Below are positions 61,415 through 62,546 of a stretch of DNA of 62,546 bases, piece after piece. A model generated the notes under the pieces. It ran no database searches. It saw nothing but the letters and a program-made list of their open reading frames with translations, and had not been told where the DNA came from. The translations under genes and the position numbers were made by a program. The DNA is from Meiothermus sp. (lineage in GTDB: Bacteria > Deinococcota > Deinococci > Deinococcales > Thermaceae), in NCBI GenBank assembly GCA_033762915.1, contig JANRLD010000088.1:1-62546 (forward strand). The letters are read 5' to 3'. Each line of letters begins with the position of its first letter. The first letter of the stretch is position 1.

Positions 61415-62546
61415 TCAACCACCCGCGTTGATGGACTGAATGATCAGGTTGGCCTGGGCAATCAGGCTATTGGCCTGTGCGTTGGTTAGGCCGCCCGAGA
61501 TGCCCCGAATGCCGTCCACCTGACCAATAAACGTGTTCAGGCTGCTCACCGCACCGCTCCGCACTCCGTTGCTCAGGTACACCTGTGCTTGGCTTAGCGT
61601 TGCCAGCAACAGCGTCCGGTTCATAAACCCTAGACCGCTCAGGCCCTGCACTTGGCTCCTCAGGTTGCTCAGTGCCTGCGACGACGAGAGCACCGTGTAA
61701 CTGGCGGGAGCCGTTGTGGTGTTCCCCGCCCGGTCGGTGGCAGTGCAGGTGATGGACTGTGCCCCCGCGCTCGAGGTCGGCACCGCCGGGCAGCTCGAGG
61801 AGGCCAGACCCGACAAAGCATCCGCAGCGTTGGGGGTGGCGGTAGCGCTCAGGTTGCGCAGCACTGGGTTGGGGCTGACGCTGGGAGAAAGGGTGGGCGG
61901 AGTCTTGTCGATGTTGATGCCGGTCTGGGTGTTCGAAGCCGTATTCCCCGCGTTGTCGGTGCAGGTGCCGGTGGCCGACTGACCCGACCCCTGAGTGCTG
62001 ACGGTGCGGCTGACGGTGCTCGAGACCACCCCCGACAGACCATCGGTGCAGTTCCAAGTCAGTGTAACGTCGGTGTTGTTCCAGCCTGCCCCGTTGGCGG
62101 CGGGCAGTCTCGAGGCCAGCGTGATGCTGGGCGGACTCTTGTCGATCTTGAGCGTGACCGAGGCATTGCCTGTATTGCCTGCCAAGTCCTTACAGGTGGC
62201 GCTCACCACCACTGCGCTGCCCTCGCTGGAGGAGGTTGAACTGGTGGTGCAGTTGGCGTTGTCTATGCCTGAACCGCCGCTGTTGTCCGTCCAATTCCAG
62301 GTGAGGGTCACATTGGTGTTGTTCCAGCCATTAGCGTTGGCGGCTGGGGATTGGCTGGGGCTGGCGCTGGGGGGGATGAGATCATTCAGGTTCAGCCCGC
62401 TGACATCCACCGGGACGTTGCTGTTGGTGTTGCTGTTGTTGCCAAACTGACCGTAAAAGTTGTTGCCCCAGCACTTGACCGCCCCGCTGCTGGTTAGGGC
62501 GCAGGTGTGGTAAAAGCCCGTGCTGATGGCCGTCACCCCGCTGCTC
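61415..62546 (-). CDS. RCC1-repeat/Ig-like repeat surface protein (5' end outside the window)
   Basis: RCC1 repeat HTCAL...[12 protein letters not shown], repeated AN..GWNNT.VT..IDK.PP modules, helical C-terminus. Confidence 0.78.
   Translation of the reverse strand, partial: SSGVTAISTGFYHTCALTSSGAVKCWGNNFYGQFGNNSNTNSNVPVDVSGLNLNDLIPPSASPSQSPAANANGWNNTNVTLTWNWTDNSGGSGIDNANCTTSSTSSSEGSAVVVSATCKDLAGNTGNASVTLKIDKSPPSITLASRLPAANGAGWNNTDVTLTWNCTDGLSGVVSSTVSRTVSTQGSGQSATGTCTDNAGNTASNTQTGINIDKTPPTLSPSVSPNPVLRNLSATATPNAADALSGLASSSCPAVPTSSAGAQSITCTATDRAGNTTTAPASYTVLSSSQALSNLRSQVQGLSGLGFMNRTLLLATLSQAQVYLSNGVRSGAVSSLNTFIGQVDGIRGISGGLTNAQANSLIAQANLIIQSINAGG

Overview
GC-rich (about two-thirds G+C by eye) bacterial chromosomal window. 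It is most likely from Deinococcota/Thermaceae (Meiothermus-like); this is inferred from SecA/PolX/signal-peptide style, many apparently leaderless genes and a large excess of CTCGAG. It holds about 50 CDS. Core genes include phoB/phoR/phoU, pdxY, secA, comF, mtnA, nucleoside ABC permeases, polX, xth, trmFO, a phosphohexomutase, cdd and greA. Accessory modules are: (i) a secreted caspase-like protease divergent from an output-less CHASE2 sensor and a secreted FecR-like protein; (ii) a LysR with three GNATs and an EamA exporter; (iii) a 10-kb DUF11 surface-protein/beta-barrel operon with a compositionally foreign internal segment; (iv) an ABC-2 exporter plus ANT-like nucleotidyltransferase, preceded by an unannotated 11-aa RLR leader peptide and a terminator hairpin. 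Intergenic gaps carry at least three families of modular REP/MITE-like hairpin repeats, two copies of which flank trmFO in inverted orientation. No rRNA, tRNA, CRISPR array or transposase was recognised. All product calls are from motif recognition by eye; no database search was run.
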